From assembly GCA_038087875.1 (NCBI GenBank), contig CM075988.1, positions 26,352,001-26,416,000 of the forward strand: DNA of 64,000 bases, written 5' to 3'. The notes under the pieces were generated by a model. It did no database searches. It was given only the letters and a program-made list of their open reading frames with translations, and was not told the origin of the DNA. A program made the translations under genes and the position numbers. Origin of the DNA: Malacoraja senta. Lineage: Eukaryota. Numbering within the stretch: position 1 is the stretch's first letter; every line of letters begins with the position of its first letter. Shown here piece after piece: positions 14,177-28,140 of this stretch.

Positions 14177-14639
14177 CTGCACAGAAGAGAACGGTAGTTA
14201 AAGACTTATTGGAACCAAAAGAGTTCTTTTATTTCCACTCTCCCTCCCCCATGAATCCATACCTAAGGAAAATAAACAGATTTCTCCAGCACCTTTCAAA
14301 ACATCAGCATAGTCAATGATGGACTTGTGAAGTGCATCAATATTGCCATGGAAAATATAACAAGTCCCCAATGTGTATGCAGCAAGATCCTGCTCTCACC
14401 AGCATGACATGGACTAGGGCATCAGTCTCAGTGAAACTCAGCTCCTACATGAGACCATACACAAATCAACAACTGTATTCCGCTCGGGAAGCCTTCACCC
14501 CAAAAGCATTAACATTGAATTCTCTAATTTAGGACTAAGCCCCTCCCCAAAAACCTATTTTTCAGCACTCTGTCCCCTCCTCAACCCCACCCCCCCCCCC
14601 CACCCTCCACTGACTGCGCGCACACCATTCTGCCACGGA

Positions 14640-15215
14640 CCCATCACCCAACTCCTTCTTCCAGTCCACTCATCTCCTTTAAACATTGCCCTCTCACCTT
14701 AAAGCAATGCTCTTTTCACACTTCAACACTGGGGAATAGGTCCTGACTGTCAACCCTATCTGTGGCTCTCATCATTTGTCTATACATCTGTCAGGTCTCA
14801 CCTGAACCTCTGATGTTCCAGAGAAAACAATCCAAGTTGATCCAACTTCTCGTTATAGGTAATAAGCTCTAGTCCAAGCAGCATTCTGCACCCTCTCAAA
14901 AGCATCCACATCATTCCGTCATGGACTGACCAGAACTGCCCACAATGCTCCGAATGTAGTTTAAACAAGTTCCATAGAGCTGCAACATGACATCTTGAGT
15001 CTCATACTCAATGGCCCGACTAATGAAGGCCAGCCTTACATGTCCACTTGACCATCATAGCTAATGGTGTGGCCACTTTCAGGGAGCTATGGATTTGGAC
15101 CCCAAGATCCCTCAGCATCAATGCTGTTCAGGTTCCTGCCATTAACTGAATAATTTCACTTTACATTCAACCTCCCAAAGTGCAATCCCTCACAATTCCT
15201 CAGATTAATTTCCAA
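14640..15215 (-). mobile_element. Degenerate CR1 fragment (SCN4B intron 2)
   Basis: Colinear similarity to 12810-13570. Confidence 0.65.
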
Positions 15216-15491
15216 ATGAGAATTTAGCTCTGCCTCAACAACAAACGCACTAACAACTCATCCACAGTTGACATTAGATCAGATGATTTTAGTTTCAACC
15301 CATGAAAAAGTTGGTGGGGGGCAATAGGTGTGTGATAGTGTTGAGAGTGGTAAGCAGCGACTGAGTCACAGAATGCCCTTCCTTTGTTGCTGTCCCTTTG
15401 CTGAAACTATCTCTCTATCTAAAGCACCCGCTGTCATTTGTGGTGTAAGTGAATTTTACAATGAGTGTAGAAATGAAGATCCAATGCTCAC

Positions 15492-15670
15492 TCTCTCTGC
15501 TGGTGATGTTTTATTTATCTGGTAACTCCACCAGAAGGAGGAGCCGGAGTAATCAACGCAGCTGGAGAAAGTGCAGAGGAGCATGACGTCACTGCCATTC
15601 AAGACTGTAATTGTTGGCAACTTCCCAATGTTCACCTCAACCCCTAAAATTAGGTGATATTGAACGAAAC
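15492..15670 (-). CDS. SCN4B: Sodium channel beta-4 subunit, exon 2 (N-terminal half of Ig V domain)
   Basis: TTGGCAG acceptor and GTGAGC donor, 179 nt. VEVNIGK...LNGSDVMLLCTFSSC...FWWSY resembles the beta-4 LLPCTFSSC motif and keeps the Cys equivalent to the alpha-subunit-linking Cys58. Confidence 0.93.
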
Positions 15671-16261
15671 CTGCCAAGAGATAGAAAGCCACGTTAAAAC
15701 ACCACGTTGACATCTTTCATCGGTCGTTCTGATTTCTTTCCTCTGCTCTCACTAATTTCATTCCTGCCAACCCCGTGAAGAGATGGCTACTCATGCTTCA
15801 GAAGCCCTGTTGTCACAAGCTCTCTCGTGCCTTGATAATGATGTCCCAGTGAGGCCCAGGGACATAGGTTACTTCCTGCAGCTCAGCTCAGTGCCTGTCT
15901 CCGTTTAGTTTCGTTTACATTAGATACAGCTAATGTAACAAATTTACATAAAAAGCTCCTGTGATTGAAATGAATTAAAAATATTAGGATTAAATAAAAT
16001 TAAAAAGAAAGGGTGCCGTGTTTACCTTTGCAGTGACGTTGTGCAAATGGATGGGTCTGACGCACAGACCTGGCGTGCTTGGTTTAATGCTACAGATGTG
16101 CATGTGAAGGGCATCCTGCCCCTCAGCTTCTATGAGGCTGGCAGAAGGGTGGCAGGGCAGGTGTGTTGGCATCTGATCTCCAGTTTTTTCCAAATGCTCT
16201 TTTGCAAAGCTGAGCAGTGGAATTCAGAGCCAAATATACCCACTGGCGATTGTCTCTGCAG

Positions 16262-16466
16262 CTTGTGTGTAGGGAGGAACTGCACAAGCTGGCTTACCCC
16301 CAAAAGCTGGAATAACTCAGCGGGACAGGCAGAATCTCTGGAGAGAAGGAATGGGCGACGTTTCAGGTCAAGACCCTTCTTCAGACAGAAGAAACATCAC
16401 CCATTCCTTCTCTCCAGAGATGCTGCTTGTCCCGCTGAGTTACTCCAGCACTTTGTGTCTACTTTC
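16262..16466. mobile_element. Head-to-head palindromic PLE-terminal-repeat unit (SCN4B intron 1)
   Basis: Inverted arms flanked by direct repeats TTGTCTCTGCAG (16250-16261) and TTGTCTCTACAG (16467-16478). Confidence 0.85.
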
Positions 16467-16865
16467 TTGTCTCTACAGTGACCTCAGTCCACATTGGAGC
16501 ACAGTGGACAGCACAGCTGTAGATTACTGAGGAGGCATTCATCTCTGTGACAACAGAACGCAGCTTTAAATTCTTCATCTGAGTAAGAACTTGTCAACGA
16601 GTTCTGGGATTACTCAGCAAGATAAGGAATACACACACTGTGCAGACAGGTCACGTTGAAGGTAAGAATTAGTCACATGCAACCTGTACTAAATTGCAGA
16701 TATAAGCAGGATAAGAATTGCACATTGTGCTAATAATGCAGCGTTCTCAATTACTTGGAAGTGTAAGCATTATTCACAGTGTAAATGGGCTGCAGTTTAC
16801 ATTAGTTATTGAAGTGTTAACAATAAAAGGTTTAGAACATTTTGCATGTTAAGAAAATAACCTGA

Positions 16866-17180
16866 GCAGCCCAGTGGCACAGCGGGTAGATCTGCTGACT
16901 CACAGCGCCAGAGACCCGGGTCCTATCCTGACCTCGGGTGTTGTCTGTGTGGAGTTTGCACGTTCTCCCTGGGACGACACGTGACATCTGGGTTCTCCGG
17001 ATTCCCCCCCACATCCCAAAGACGTGCAGGTTTGCAGGTTAATTGCCTCTGTAACTTGCCCCCAATGTGTATGGAGTGAATGAGAAAGTGGGATAACATA
17101 GAACTAGTGTGAATGGGTGATGAATAGTCGGCGTGGCATCAGTGAGCTGAAACGCCTGTTTCCATACAGTATCTCTAAAC
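16866..17180 (+). mobile_element. V-SINE copy
   Basis: Same head, V-domain and tail as 28141-28465. Confidence 0.8.
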
Positions 17181-17299
17181 CAATGCCTCCTGGTGTAACT
17201 GACAGAGCTTTGTTTCTATGGTGAACTAATGGCACAGGACAGGTTTTATGGAACAGCAGGTTAGAAGTGAGATAAACAGAGGGTTACGGACATCTGACT

Positions 17300-17495
17300 G
17301 GTGGACCAGGGGATGGAGATGGCGGAGTAGAGGGGGGAGGGATGCAGAGGTGGAGGGGGGTGGGACTGGGGGAGGGGAGGGGGGTTGGATGGGGATGGGG
17401 ATGTGGGGGAGGGGAGGGGTGGGGATGTGGGGAGGGGGATGGGGAGGGGAGAGAGGGACGAGGTTGGGGAGGGTGGAGGGTGCGGGTGGGGATGG
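17300..17495 (+). repeat. G-rich low-complexity tract (G-quadruplex potential)
   Basis: Many G3-G6 runs with short loops. Similar tracts at 22320-22392 (C-rich), 47980-48075 and 3200-3450. Confidence 0.8.
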
Positions 17496-17655
17496 CTCTG
17501 CCGATGTTGCGGGGCTGCAGGCATCTTCTGCCGGGTGGGACCGGCTCGGCTGAAACATTCACAGCCGCTACATGGAGTAGGATATTTGGGTCATTAGTCC
17601 ACACGCTGATCAGGATAACAAATATTCAGAAGGACCTCACTGAATGATATGTATA

Positions 17656-17873
17656 ATGTGTAGAAAGAAACTGCAGATGCTGGTTTTCACCAAACATAGG
17701 CACAAAATTCTGGAGTAACTCAGTGAAACAGGCAGAAACTCTGGAGAGGAGTGGGTGACGTTTTGGGTCGAGACCCTTTTTCACTCATCTCAACCCGAAA
17801 TGTCACCCACTCCTTCTATCCAGGGATGCTGCCTGTCCCGCTGAGTTACAACAGCATTTTGTGTCTATCTCCG
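17656..17873. mobile_element. Head-to-head palindromic PLE-terminal-repeat unit (SCN4B intron 1)
   Basis: Inverted arms with a perfect 12-bp direct repeat ATGATATGTATA at 17644-17655 and 17874-17885. Confidence 0.85.
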
Positions 17874-20800
17874 ATGATATGTATATTTATTTTTCAGATG
17901 ACAATCTACCAATACCAAATGGTTCACAACATACACCATGGAGATGTGAACATGACCTTCCAGCATTATAGACCATTATGTCCATTATAGAGTGTTATAG
18001 AGCGTTAGAGACCATTGTGGAGCATCATGTCCTGCAATGCTGAGTTAGAAGGTGAAGAATTACAGTCTCATTCCAATGAAGACTGGGCTGCCCCATCCAG
18101 TGCTGTTCATACCGAGTGATCTCAGAATCCTTATTTTAGGTGAAATATCCAATCAGAGTCCCATCTGCCCTCTTAGATGAAAGGAAAGTTCATCAATGTC
18201 ATCACTGCCAAGAAGTATATCCCCAGTGCCCCGACATCATTTATTCTTCAAGCAATATCATGAAACATAAATCATCGGATCATTATCTCCTTGGTGTTGC
18301 TGAGTCCACTTTGGCTACTGTTTCCAACATTACAACAGTGATTAAACATTAAAAAACACATCACTGGATAGAAACTAATTTGGGTCATCATGTGATTATG
18401 AAACATGCCATGCAAATGCATATACTTTCTTTCAATAGCACAAATAAAATCATTATTCAAGCCTGGATTTATGGATAGCATTCCTGATCCAGGATAGATG
18501 TATCCCAATAATACAGGTTTGTGCTGGAATTGGATGAGATGCAGCCTTATTGGCACTGAGTTATGAATCCACGGCACTGAAACATTTCGGAAGCACAGAC
18601 TGCACGAGGCTCCCTCAGTTGGCTGCAGCAAGCCTGACCATCTCAGTCTACATTCCTGTCGACCACTTACTGTAGCTGAGCTGCCCTCTCCTGCATCAGG
18701 TTCCATTATGAAACAGGAACACATGGTCTATTCCATCTCTCCCTCTCAGCTTGCACCATCTCTACATTGTCTCACTACCTTTCTTTCATCTACAATCATG
18801 TTCCTTTCAAAGACGTGCAGCTATCTGCTTAATATTCCGCAATACACTCCTAAAGGAACGCTGGCAAGCCCAGCGTCACTCTGTGTACTTACCAATTTGA
18901 GATAAAGTCTCACAGACTTCCTCAGTGCCAGTACCATGAATGCCTGCTCTTAATTTGTCTCAGTCGAATGCTAACATTAGCTAACTGCCACGAGCAGGCT
19001 AGAGAGTGGGTGAAGAGTAAAGGTTAAAGAGTGACTGACTACCCCTTGCTGTCATCCAACAACTCTCACTAGGAAAGTACACATACATTAACTCTCAATC
19101 ATGTTTTAACTCATACAGCAGAAGACTATTCAATCTATTGGGCTTGGACTACATGTTCAAACTCCCCTCTACTCTTTTCAAGTCAAGTTTATTGTCACGA
19201 GCACAAGTACATAAGGTCATAAGTTCTAGGAGCAGAATTAGGCCATTCGGCGCATTGAGTCTACTCCAACATTCAATCATGACTGGTCTATCTTTCCCTC
19301 TCAAACCCAATCTCCTGCCTCCTTCCCGTAACCTCTGACACCCGTACTAATCAAGAATTGGTCAATCTCTACCTTAACAATGTCCATTGACTTGGCCTCC
19401 ACAGCCTTCTGTGGCAATGAATTCAACAGATTCACCACCTGGTACAGGTACAATGAAACTTTTGAGCCAAAGACAAAGTGCTGGAGGACCTCAGCGTAAA
19501 TCGCATTGTGTTCCTCCAGCACGTTGATATTTTCCCCAAGATTACGGCATCAGATGCTCCTTGTGTCTACAACGAAAATCTTACACGCGACAAGCACAGA
19601 AAACATAAAATATACATACATTACATATGAAATCTGCAAATCAGTAACAAGAAATGGTATAATAAAACCAAGGCGTTAATGCAAAATAAATTAGAAAAGA
19701 AGTCTATGGTAGTACAAAAGGTGATCCATAATGTTCCATTGCCACGACAACATTAGAGTTGTGAGCTCTGTATTTCCCACTGATATCACTGAATTTACTC
19801 TGATTTCACTGTATCTCCCACTGAATCCCCTGATTTCACTGAATACACTACTGTACATTAAACATCATCATCAATTAATCCCCAACCCCCAGGAATGTGG
19901 TCAAAACTTGGACCAAATTATCCAAACTTTTTACTTAGACCTGCGCCACTGAATCTCACAATCTGTGAAAATCCATCTCCAAGAATGATCAAGATTCACA
20001 TATTATTAATGTTGACAAATCATGATTCTCTGATTTAGGATTTATTGAACACTAGATCGACAGTCCTTTCCAAAACTATTGACCCTCAAGGTTCATACAA
20101 TACAAACAACAGCAACGTACATTTATATAATGCCTTTAACATGGGGGGGGGAATATCACTGGAGCATTATTAGAAACATTTATACCAAGCCTTATTTGGT
20201 CACAAAAGTACGTTTTTAAAATCATGGTAAAGGGGGATGGAGTGATAGGGATTTTAGACTTCAGGCCATGCGCCCAGTCACTTGTCACCAATGGTCAAGT
20301 GATCACAATGGGAGATTACCAGGTGGTAGATTTGGGATGAACATGGAATCACAGTCTCACCAGGGACTCATTAACTGTTGTGTTGTGTCGTTTTAAAATT
20401 GCTGTTTTTTTCTAATATGTAAATACCGATTACTGTTCTATTCTGTTCTGTAGTTTTTTGCACAATCCGCAGGCATTGCCATTTTCATTTCACTGCACAT
20501 CTTGCATGTGTATGTGACAAATAGACTTGACTTACCAGGATAAGGAAGATTGGCATGATTGCAATCATGTACAGTCTTTCTGCTGACTGGATAGCACACA
20601 ACAAAAGCTTTTAATTGTACCTCAGTGCACGTGACAATAAACTAAAACTGAACAGAACAGAACAGAGTTATTTGGGCTGAAGATGGGCATGAATCCGTTT
20701 GGCCAACCCCCTAGGGTTGGACGCCTCTCACCTTGGTGACAAGTGTTAGATGACTTCAAGACTTATAGACAACCATGAACAAACCAAACAAACGTGCAGA

Positions 20801-21239
20801 GTGAGGCCACAAAGCCAAGTACTCCTGCAGATGGAACTGAAGAATGGTCTCGACCCGAAACGTCGCCCATTCCTTCTCTCCAGAGATGCAGCCTGACCCG
20901 CTGAGTTACTCAAGCATTTTGTGTCTACCTTCGGTTTAAACCAGCATCTGGAGTTCCTTCCTACACAATCTCTTTTTGTTAATGGAAAGCAGGGGGGTTT
21001 GCGCTGTCTGAATTGCCAACGAGTGCCTGGTCGATAGCTGCAAACGTAAGCTGCCTCGTCAGTGAAGGAAGATTCAGGATTCCGCACGTGAATGTTATAT
21101 AACATGGAGAATATAGACCGTGAATATAGGACATCCACCGTGTTTCAAGATCACAGCCTTTATTTCCATCCAAGGCTGGCTGGCTATCTCTCACCTTCCC
21201 CAAACTCAATGGTGGGTTTTTATTACAAACGGCCAATTC

Positions 21240-21960
21240 TCTACGAGGCGCGGGTTGGGATCCGCTGAGCCAGAGGTCAGTGCGGACAGGCCGAGGCCGA
21301 GGCCGAATCGCCGCGTCGGGACTTAACCCGGGTTATTTGTGGCGTTGCATCTGCAGTTCTTTCTTTGTGGGGTAGTAGCGGGACTGGGCTGCGGGACTCC
21401 CCCGCCGGGAACAAACTTACAGCCCGCAGATCAGACAAGCACCCACCCCACGAGAACTTTGGTCCAAGTTACTGGGACTTCATCAAATGGTGAGATATTC
21501 TGATCTAAACCCCCATCCAGATACAAATCCAAACTAGAATAATCTACCACAAACAGGGCAATGGCCAGGCGGGCGGCGAGTGCTTGTTTTTACCAACATT
21601 GACCATTAAGAAACATGGTTTGTGGAGCCAGGATGGAGCATGGATCAAGGACTCTTGGTCGCTGCCTTACCCGTCAGGAGAATCAGCAACAGGGCACGGG
21701 GGGGTAGTTTGTGGGGGTTCTCCCAGCTGTCCGCAGCTCCTGATGCCGTGGCCATGCTGCAGCACTAGCGGATGCTCGGCCCTACAGGCTGAGCCTAGCC
21801 CCAGGAGCCGACAAGCAGGGCGCTGGGTTGAGCTGCGGATGTCCCGTTAGTTGCAGAGAACTGGCTGTCTCCCCGCTAACACTCCGCTCTCTCCTGCCGC
21901 TGTATGTAGCCCACACTGCGGAACTGTGACTGAGCCGACTCCACGATCTGCTGTGTGATT
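21240..21960 (-). promoter_or_regulatory. CpG-rich promoter / first-exon region of SCN4B
   Basis: Locally high GC and CpG density around the ATG exon relative to CpG-poor flanks. TSS cannot be determined from sequence. Confidence 0.5.
21671..21755 (-). CDS. SCN4B: Sodium channel beta-4 subunit, coding exon 1 (signal peptide MATASGAADSWENPHKLPPRALLLILLT)
   Basis: ATG at 21755 in a CpG-rich region. 85 nt with a hydrophobic stretch, ending G|GTAAGG in phase 1, which matches exon 2. Full join 21755-21671, 15670-15492, 14176-13963, 11928-11799, 10053-9966 = 696 nt, 231 aa plus stop. Confidence 0.8.
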
Positions 21961-22056
21961 CTGCATTGCAGTCACACGGCTGCTGTCGTCATCACCCACA
22001 GAGGCTGGGCTAAACAACAGCCCTGCAACCCGCTACACTTACTACTAGCGACCCCT

Positions 22057-22125
22057 CATACAACACAGACAGACCAGCTACACATCATACAACACAGACA
22101 GACCAGCTACACATCATACAACACA
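22057..22125. repeat. 29-bp tandem repeat, about 2.4 copies
   Basis: CATACAACACAGACAGACCAGCTACACAT is repeated exactly. Confidence 0.9.
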
Positions 22126-22889
22126 CTCATCCCTCATACATTACAAAGCCCGGGCGGGGCACAGATTACAAATGATTAGAAAAGTTATACAACTTTGTGA
22201 ACTTTCCCGCATCTTGGTGTGATGTGGGTGCGGCAACCGGAGCCCCCTCCCCTGTAGGTCAGCACTCCTCCAGTTACCCCGAGTCATCCCGCGGCAAGTG
22301 TTTCATGAGGTGTTTATCCTCCCCACCTTCCCCTCTCCCCCCTCCCCCCTTCCCCCTCCCCCCCTCTACCCCCCCCCCCTCCCCTCTCTCCCTGACAACG
22401 CGGGGACCATATTTGCCCTGGCAGCGAATGATGAAAGTGGCCCGGTAGTGGGGCAGCGAGTGTTTGGTGCAGGGCTGGTGTAGCGCTGGTGTAGCGCTGG
22501 GCGCTGCCTGTACTCGCCGTGTTGATGGTGTACATCTGTACGCACACCGTGCACCCCTTTACACCGACTCCTTGCAGAAGTGGAGACGCAAGGAACTGCA
22601 GATGCCGGAGCCTTGAGCAAAACACAAAGTGCTGCAGGAATTCAGCGGGTCAGGCAGCGTCTGTGGAGGGAGTGATTCGGGTCGGCAGCTTTCTTCAGAT
22701 TCATTCAGGCGGAAGAGAGGTGAGGTTAGGACAAAGCCCGGCAAGTGCTAGGTGGAGAAACGGGGAACTTTTTGTAAACCAGCATCTGCAGTCCTTCTAG
22801 AAACACGTTCCCTGTCCACGTTCTCCAGAGACGCTGCCCGACCTGCTGAGGAGCTCACGGAGGAGAATTCCTTCAAAGAGTCTCGACTT

Positions 22890-23505
22890 CATAACACGAG
22901 GAGTTGAGTATAGGAGCAAAGAGGTCCTCCTGCAGTTGTACAGGGCCCTAGTGAGACCACACCTGGAGTATTGTGTGCAGTTTTGGTCTCCAAATTTGAG
23001 GAAGGACATTCTTCCTATTGAGGGAGTGCGGCTTAGGTTCACCAGGTTAATACCCGGGATGGCGGGACTGTCATACGCTGCGAGAATGGAGCGGCTGGGC
23101 TTGTATACTCTGGAGTTTAGAAGGATGAGAGGGCATCTTATTGAAACATGTAAGATTATTAAGGGTTTGGACACGCTAGAGGCAGGACATATGTTCCCAA
23201 TGTTGGGGGAGTCCAGAACCAGGGGCCATAGTTTAAGAATAAGGGGTAAGCCATTTAGAACGGAGACCAGGAAAAACAATTTCACACAGAGAATTGTGAG
23301 TGTGTGGAATTCTCTGCCTCAGAGGGCGGTGGAGGCCGGTTCTCTGGATACTTTCAAGAGAGAGTTAGATAGGGCTGTGAAAGATATGGGGAGAAGGCAG
23401 GAACGGGGTACTGATTGTGGATGATCAGCCATGATCATATTGAATGGCGGTGGTGGCTCGAAGGTCCGAATGGCCTACTCCTGCACCTATTGTCTATTGT
23501 CTATT
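22890..23505 (+). mobile_element. CR1 LINE 3' fragment
   Basis: [22 protein letters not shown]...WNSLPQRAVEA followed by the 3' UTR and a (gtctatt)n tail. Confidence 0.9.
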
Positions 23506-23702
23506 GACATGAAATGTCACCCATTCCTTCTCTCCAGAGATGCTGCCTGTCCCGCTGAGTTACTCCCAACTTTGTGTCTGTCTAAGGAATTTCAGATACA
23601 AAAAAGTGTTGGAGTAACTCACCGGGTTGGGCAGCATCTCTGGAGAACATGGCTAAATGTTCAGACTGAAGGAGGGTCTTGATCCGAAATGTCACCTATC
23701 CA

Positions 23703-24366
23703 TGTTCTCCACAGATGCTGCCTGACCAGATGAGTTACTCCAGCAACTTGTTCTAGAAGGGAATATCTATTATTGGCTTCAGGTTTGACAGAGATTGTCC
23801 CACCAGAGGGAACAAAAATGAGTAAGGCTTATAAACATAAAGGGGGAAGCAAGAAGTTTAAATAATAGAGAATATTAAATATATTTACTAATGAAACAAT
23901 CTATAATTCATTGGCAAATGGACTAAAACTGTTCCATCATTGACACCAACGTCTCCAGTGAAATTTCAGTAATATATATTTCATAGGTTGTTGCAGAGAC
24001 AAATGTAGAGTTAGAGTCATAGAGTGATACAGCGTGGAAACGGACCCTTTGTCCAAACCTGCCCACACCGGCCAACATGTCCCAGCTACACTAGTCCCAC
24101 ATTTGGTCCATATCCCTCCAAACCTGTCCTATCCATGTACCTGTCTAACTGTTTCTTAAACGTTGGGATAAGCCCTGGCCCAACTACCTCCTCTGGCAGC
24201 TTGTTCCACAGACCCACCACCCTTTGTGTGAAAAGGTTACCCCTCAGATTCCTATTAAATGTTTCCCCCTTCACCTTAAACCTATGTCCTCCGGTTCTCG
24301 ATTCCCCTACTCTGGGCAAGAGTCTCTGTGTATCTACCCAATCTATTGCTCTCATGATCTTATACA
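23703..24366 (-). repeat. Copy A of an inverted ~660-bp composite duplication
   Basis: Colinear reverse complement of 42048-42698, including about 260 bp of otherwise unique AT-rich sequence. Confidence 0.9.
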
Positions 24367-24526
24367 ATGGTGGTTTGGGATACTTGTTTTACCAATATGA
24401 ATATGATATTGGTTGGTACCACTTTAAGGTTTAAAGCATGTGGCAATCAGGTTCTATGTCTAGAGATGGTCAAACTCCACTGAAACTTCTCAAAGCTAGC
24501 CTCAAACAGGCAATGTTGGAAATGTT

Positions 24527-24733
24527 TAAGAAGGAACTGCAGATGCTGGAAAAGTCAAAGGTAGACAAAAATGCTGGAGAAACTCAGCGGGTGAGGCAGC
24601 ATCTATGAAGCGAAGGAATAGGCGATGTTTCGGGTCGGGACACTACTTCAGGTTGAGACCTGAAACGTCACCTATTCCTTCGCTCCATACTTGCTGCCTC
24701 ACCTGCTGAGTTTCTCCAGCATTTTTATCTACC
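24527..24733. mobile_element. Head-to-head palindromic PLE-terminal-repeat unit (variant subfamily)
   Basis: Inverted arms with a perfect 13-bp direct repeat TGTTGGAAATGTT at 24514-24526 and 24734-24746. Confidence 0.85.
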
Positions 24734-25565
24734 TGTTGGAAATGTTGCTCTTTACAATGTATATTATTTTACAAATCATATTGTTAGGTTATATTACTTG
24801 CTATCCTCTAATAATTTAGGGATATTGAGATGATACAGTATAAAAAGTAGTGATGAGGATAATGTAAACGTGTCAGTTTGACTCACCATGGCAGGGCATG
24901 GTGCTTGGAGACTCACATCCTTGAGTCTGCAGAGTTATTAATGTGAGGGACTTTAGCTTCTTAAATGCGCTCGTCTCAAGGGAGAGGTCATTCTACAGGG
25001 CTATGAATCTTAACCTGGATTTACAGCAGCTCTTTTACATAATATACAACCATTTACAGCATTAAATGCGCCAGAGACCAGATGCATACAGATTAAGAGG
25101 GGACGATAGATTTGAAGCTGGCATCTGTGGTCAGAAGGTGATTGATATTTAGATTGAACATCATCCATTAGTTTGAAAGACGCTGAACATTTGACTGAAG
25201 AGATTTCATAAATTGTCAAGAAAACAGAAATATTGTTTCACACGGAAAGAAAATGATGGTCCATGTGGAAACAGTGATTGGAGTTCAGTCATGGGAAGAT
25301 TTTTAATGTGAGTCACAGTAACCACTTGATTCACCTCTGGTTGAAACCTCTTTTGGCATCCCCTGAATCATTTTTCAATTTACTGTTGCCAATTAAACCT
25401 GGCTGCAATGTCCTGGATGTGTACTGTTGGAGTGATCAGCTGCCCATCAGCCAAAGTGAAAGAAGATTATTTTGTTACGCATTGTTTAAAATTCACTTTG
25501 GGATTGTGGCGATTTTGGCAAGGCCCTCCCCCAATTGGCTTGACCAGGTGTTGGTGAGGTGCCTT

Positions 25566-25860
25566 TGTTTAGTTCAGTATCGTTTAGAGATACAGTGTGG
25601 ATACAGGCCCTTCGGCCCACCAAGTTCACCCTGACCAGCGATCCCCCCTACACTAGTTCTATCCTCCACACTAGGGGCAAGTTGCTGAAGCCAATTAACA
25701 TGAATCTGCACGTCTTTGGAATATAGAAGGAAACCGGAGCACCTGGAAAAAACCCACGTGGTCACAGGAGAACGTACAAACTCCGTACAGACAGCACCCT
25801 TAGTCAGGATCGAACCCGGGTCTCTGGCGCTGTGAGGCAGCAACTCTACCGCTGAGCCAC
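25566..25860 (-). mobile_element. V-SINE copy
   Basis: Reverse complement of the same SINE. Confidence 0.8.
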
Positions 25861-26041
25861 TGGGCCACCATCGACCTGTGCCTCCTGAAACCACTGAGCG
25901 TCCTGGTGAAGCAAGTCCCACAGTGGGTAGGAAGCTCTGGCATTTAGTGCCAGTGATGATGAAGGACAGGAGAGTAAAATAAATATCCACAGAAGACCTG
26001 TGTGTGTGGACCCCAATGTAAGGAAACATAACCACACCAAC

Positions 26042-26176
26042 AGTCTGAAGAAGGGTCTCGACCCGAAACATCACCCATTCCTTTTCTCCAAAGATGCTGC
26101 CTGTCCCATTGGGTTACTCCAGCACTTTGTGTCTATCTTCAGTATAAACCAGCATCTGCAGTTCCTTGCTACACAA
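26042..26176 (+). mobile_element. Solo PLE terminal repeat (representative; others near 1632, 7660, 20837, 23510, 27155, 29684, 30558, 31410, 52750, 58470, 58710)
   Basis: Recurrent sequence agtctgaagaagggtctcgacccgaaac.tcacccattcc...gagttactccagca...gtgtctatcttc.g..taaaccagcatctgcagttcctt. Confidence 0.85.
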
Positions 26177-28140
26177 CTGAAGCTTTTGTTGTCTGGAGAG
26201 CTGGAAGATTGGTCAGCTTCCAAATTGACCACAGACTCATTATTGCTATAATGGTGGATGGTGATTGAGCTTTCTACATTCATGGATTCCATTGTTTTTT
26301 AGCCATTGAAGAGGTTAAACAGTTTGCTTGTTCTGTTAAGGGGACACTCAAGTGGCGTACACATGGTCTCTGTGTTGGTCTGGGTAATAGCAGATTAGTG
26401 GAACTTCAGAAACTACTGAAAGTTAACTTGCTATTCCCTGTACCATCTACACTATCTCCAAAAGTAAATGAAACACCTATTACTAGAAGATATACCTCGA
26501 CAAATAAACTTTAGAAATATAGACACACCAGGCCATTATATTGTTTAAAACATGAGAGGAAGGGGAACTTTCATCTTACGCACTTATTATGATCAGTGGC
26601 TTCATTTTAATCATGTATAGTCTTTTTGCTGACTGGATAGCACACAACAAAAGCTTTTCACTGTACCTCGGTACACGTGGCAATATACTAAACTGTTCGA
26701 CAAGGCCATTCATCCCATCAGACCTTGTCTGGTTCCCAACAGAGCAATCCCATTCCCACCTTTTATTTTTGATTTTAGTTGGTTATGGAGGTTTGAAGAC
26801 TCTCATTTTAGTTAAGGCCATTAAAAGAAAAGAAAGCAATTCACAGAGAGCTGAGGGACACTGGTGTTTTATTTACAATTATACAGAGATAAGTTAGTTT
26901 TCAGTTTGGAATATTGAGTCTTGGTGGAGTAGTACTGTCACTTTAATAGTATCAGGTAACAATCCTAAATGTCTGCTACATCTCAGTGGCAAGTTAAAAT
27001 AGAAAGCTGCACAAAATAGCCACTATCTCATCTTTCCACTTCCAGGAACATATTGCAAGATATGAGGTTACTGTGGCATTGCAGCTGAACATTTCTGCCG
27101 TCTCTACTCACCTGGTGTCACTGGATGAATACTGTACTACTGTCCAAAGACCATCTGATGAAGGGTCTCGACCCCAAACGTCACCCATTCCTTCTCTCCA
27201 GAGACGCTGCCTGTCCCGCTGAGTTACTCCAGCATTTTGTGTCTATCTTCGGTGTAAAACAGCATCTACAGTTCCTTCCTGCACATTAAAGTAGACTGTC
27301 AGACTCTCCACCATCTGATCCTATGGTTCACTTGCACAGATTGACCTGATGGGGCGACAAGAGGGACTGCTTAATTCCCCTCCCCAGCGTAACCTGATAT
27401 TAAGGTATGTTTTGGAGCAGGTGAGTGGGATTAACAGCATGAAGCTGACAGGACTGTTCTCAAATAAATAGAGAAGGGGTCCCAGCCTTAGGTTCACACA
27501 AACCCTTCCATCTCCCCACTCTGTCAGGAGTCAGTGGAGTGGGCCGCTGGAGGCCCTGTAGCAGCCTGGGGCTTGATTGGATCGGGCACCGCTCCAGTGG
27601 CACGGAGTGGTGGAGCAGCGGTGGAGACACACCAATGGCCACGCTTGGCCAGGACAACATGCAGCAGTGGGTCATTGTAGCCCAGTCGAGAACTCTACAT
27701 TGGTAACAACCTTCAGACGAGAATCTTGAAAAATGGCCCCAAACCATGGCGACAACATTGTGTACACTGTCACAGTGTACTAGTGCTATTCACTTGTTCT
27801 TCACTAAGACGGTGTAATACTTTTACTGAACTGTATGTAAAAAAAGGAATTTTGCTGTAACTGGGCGCGTGACATAAAAGTATCATTGAACCATGAACCA
27901 CTTCTCCAACTCATCCCCCTGACAACTGAACAACCTACAGTGTGGGTGACTGGCCAACATTTCAAATGAAGCCCTGAGCGTACTCATGAGGTGTATGACT
28001 GTGACGTTCTCTTGGCTATATCTGCCTGTGCGCGTACTCTATTAGGGGTCTCTGGGTCTAGAGAACAGGCTCATTTGGCCCAATCCTAGTTTAGCAATAC
28101 TGGAATGTGGGGAATGGCCTCTGCCCACAGGATTTAAGTA

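Noticed and set aside
16495..16515. RE1/NRSE-like sequence in SCN4B intron 1 (also a right half-site near 1790-1802)
   Set aside because: The left half deviates at key positions from TTCAGCACC and is not distinguishable from chance.
17226..17647. Pro-rich and Gly-rich ORFs
   Set aside because: Low-complexity G tract open in several frames.
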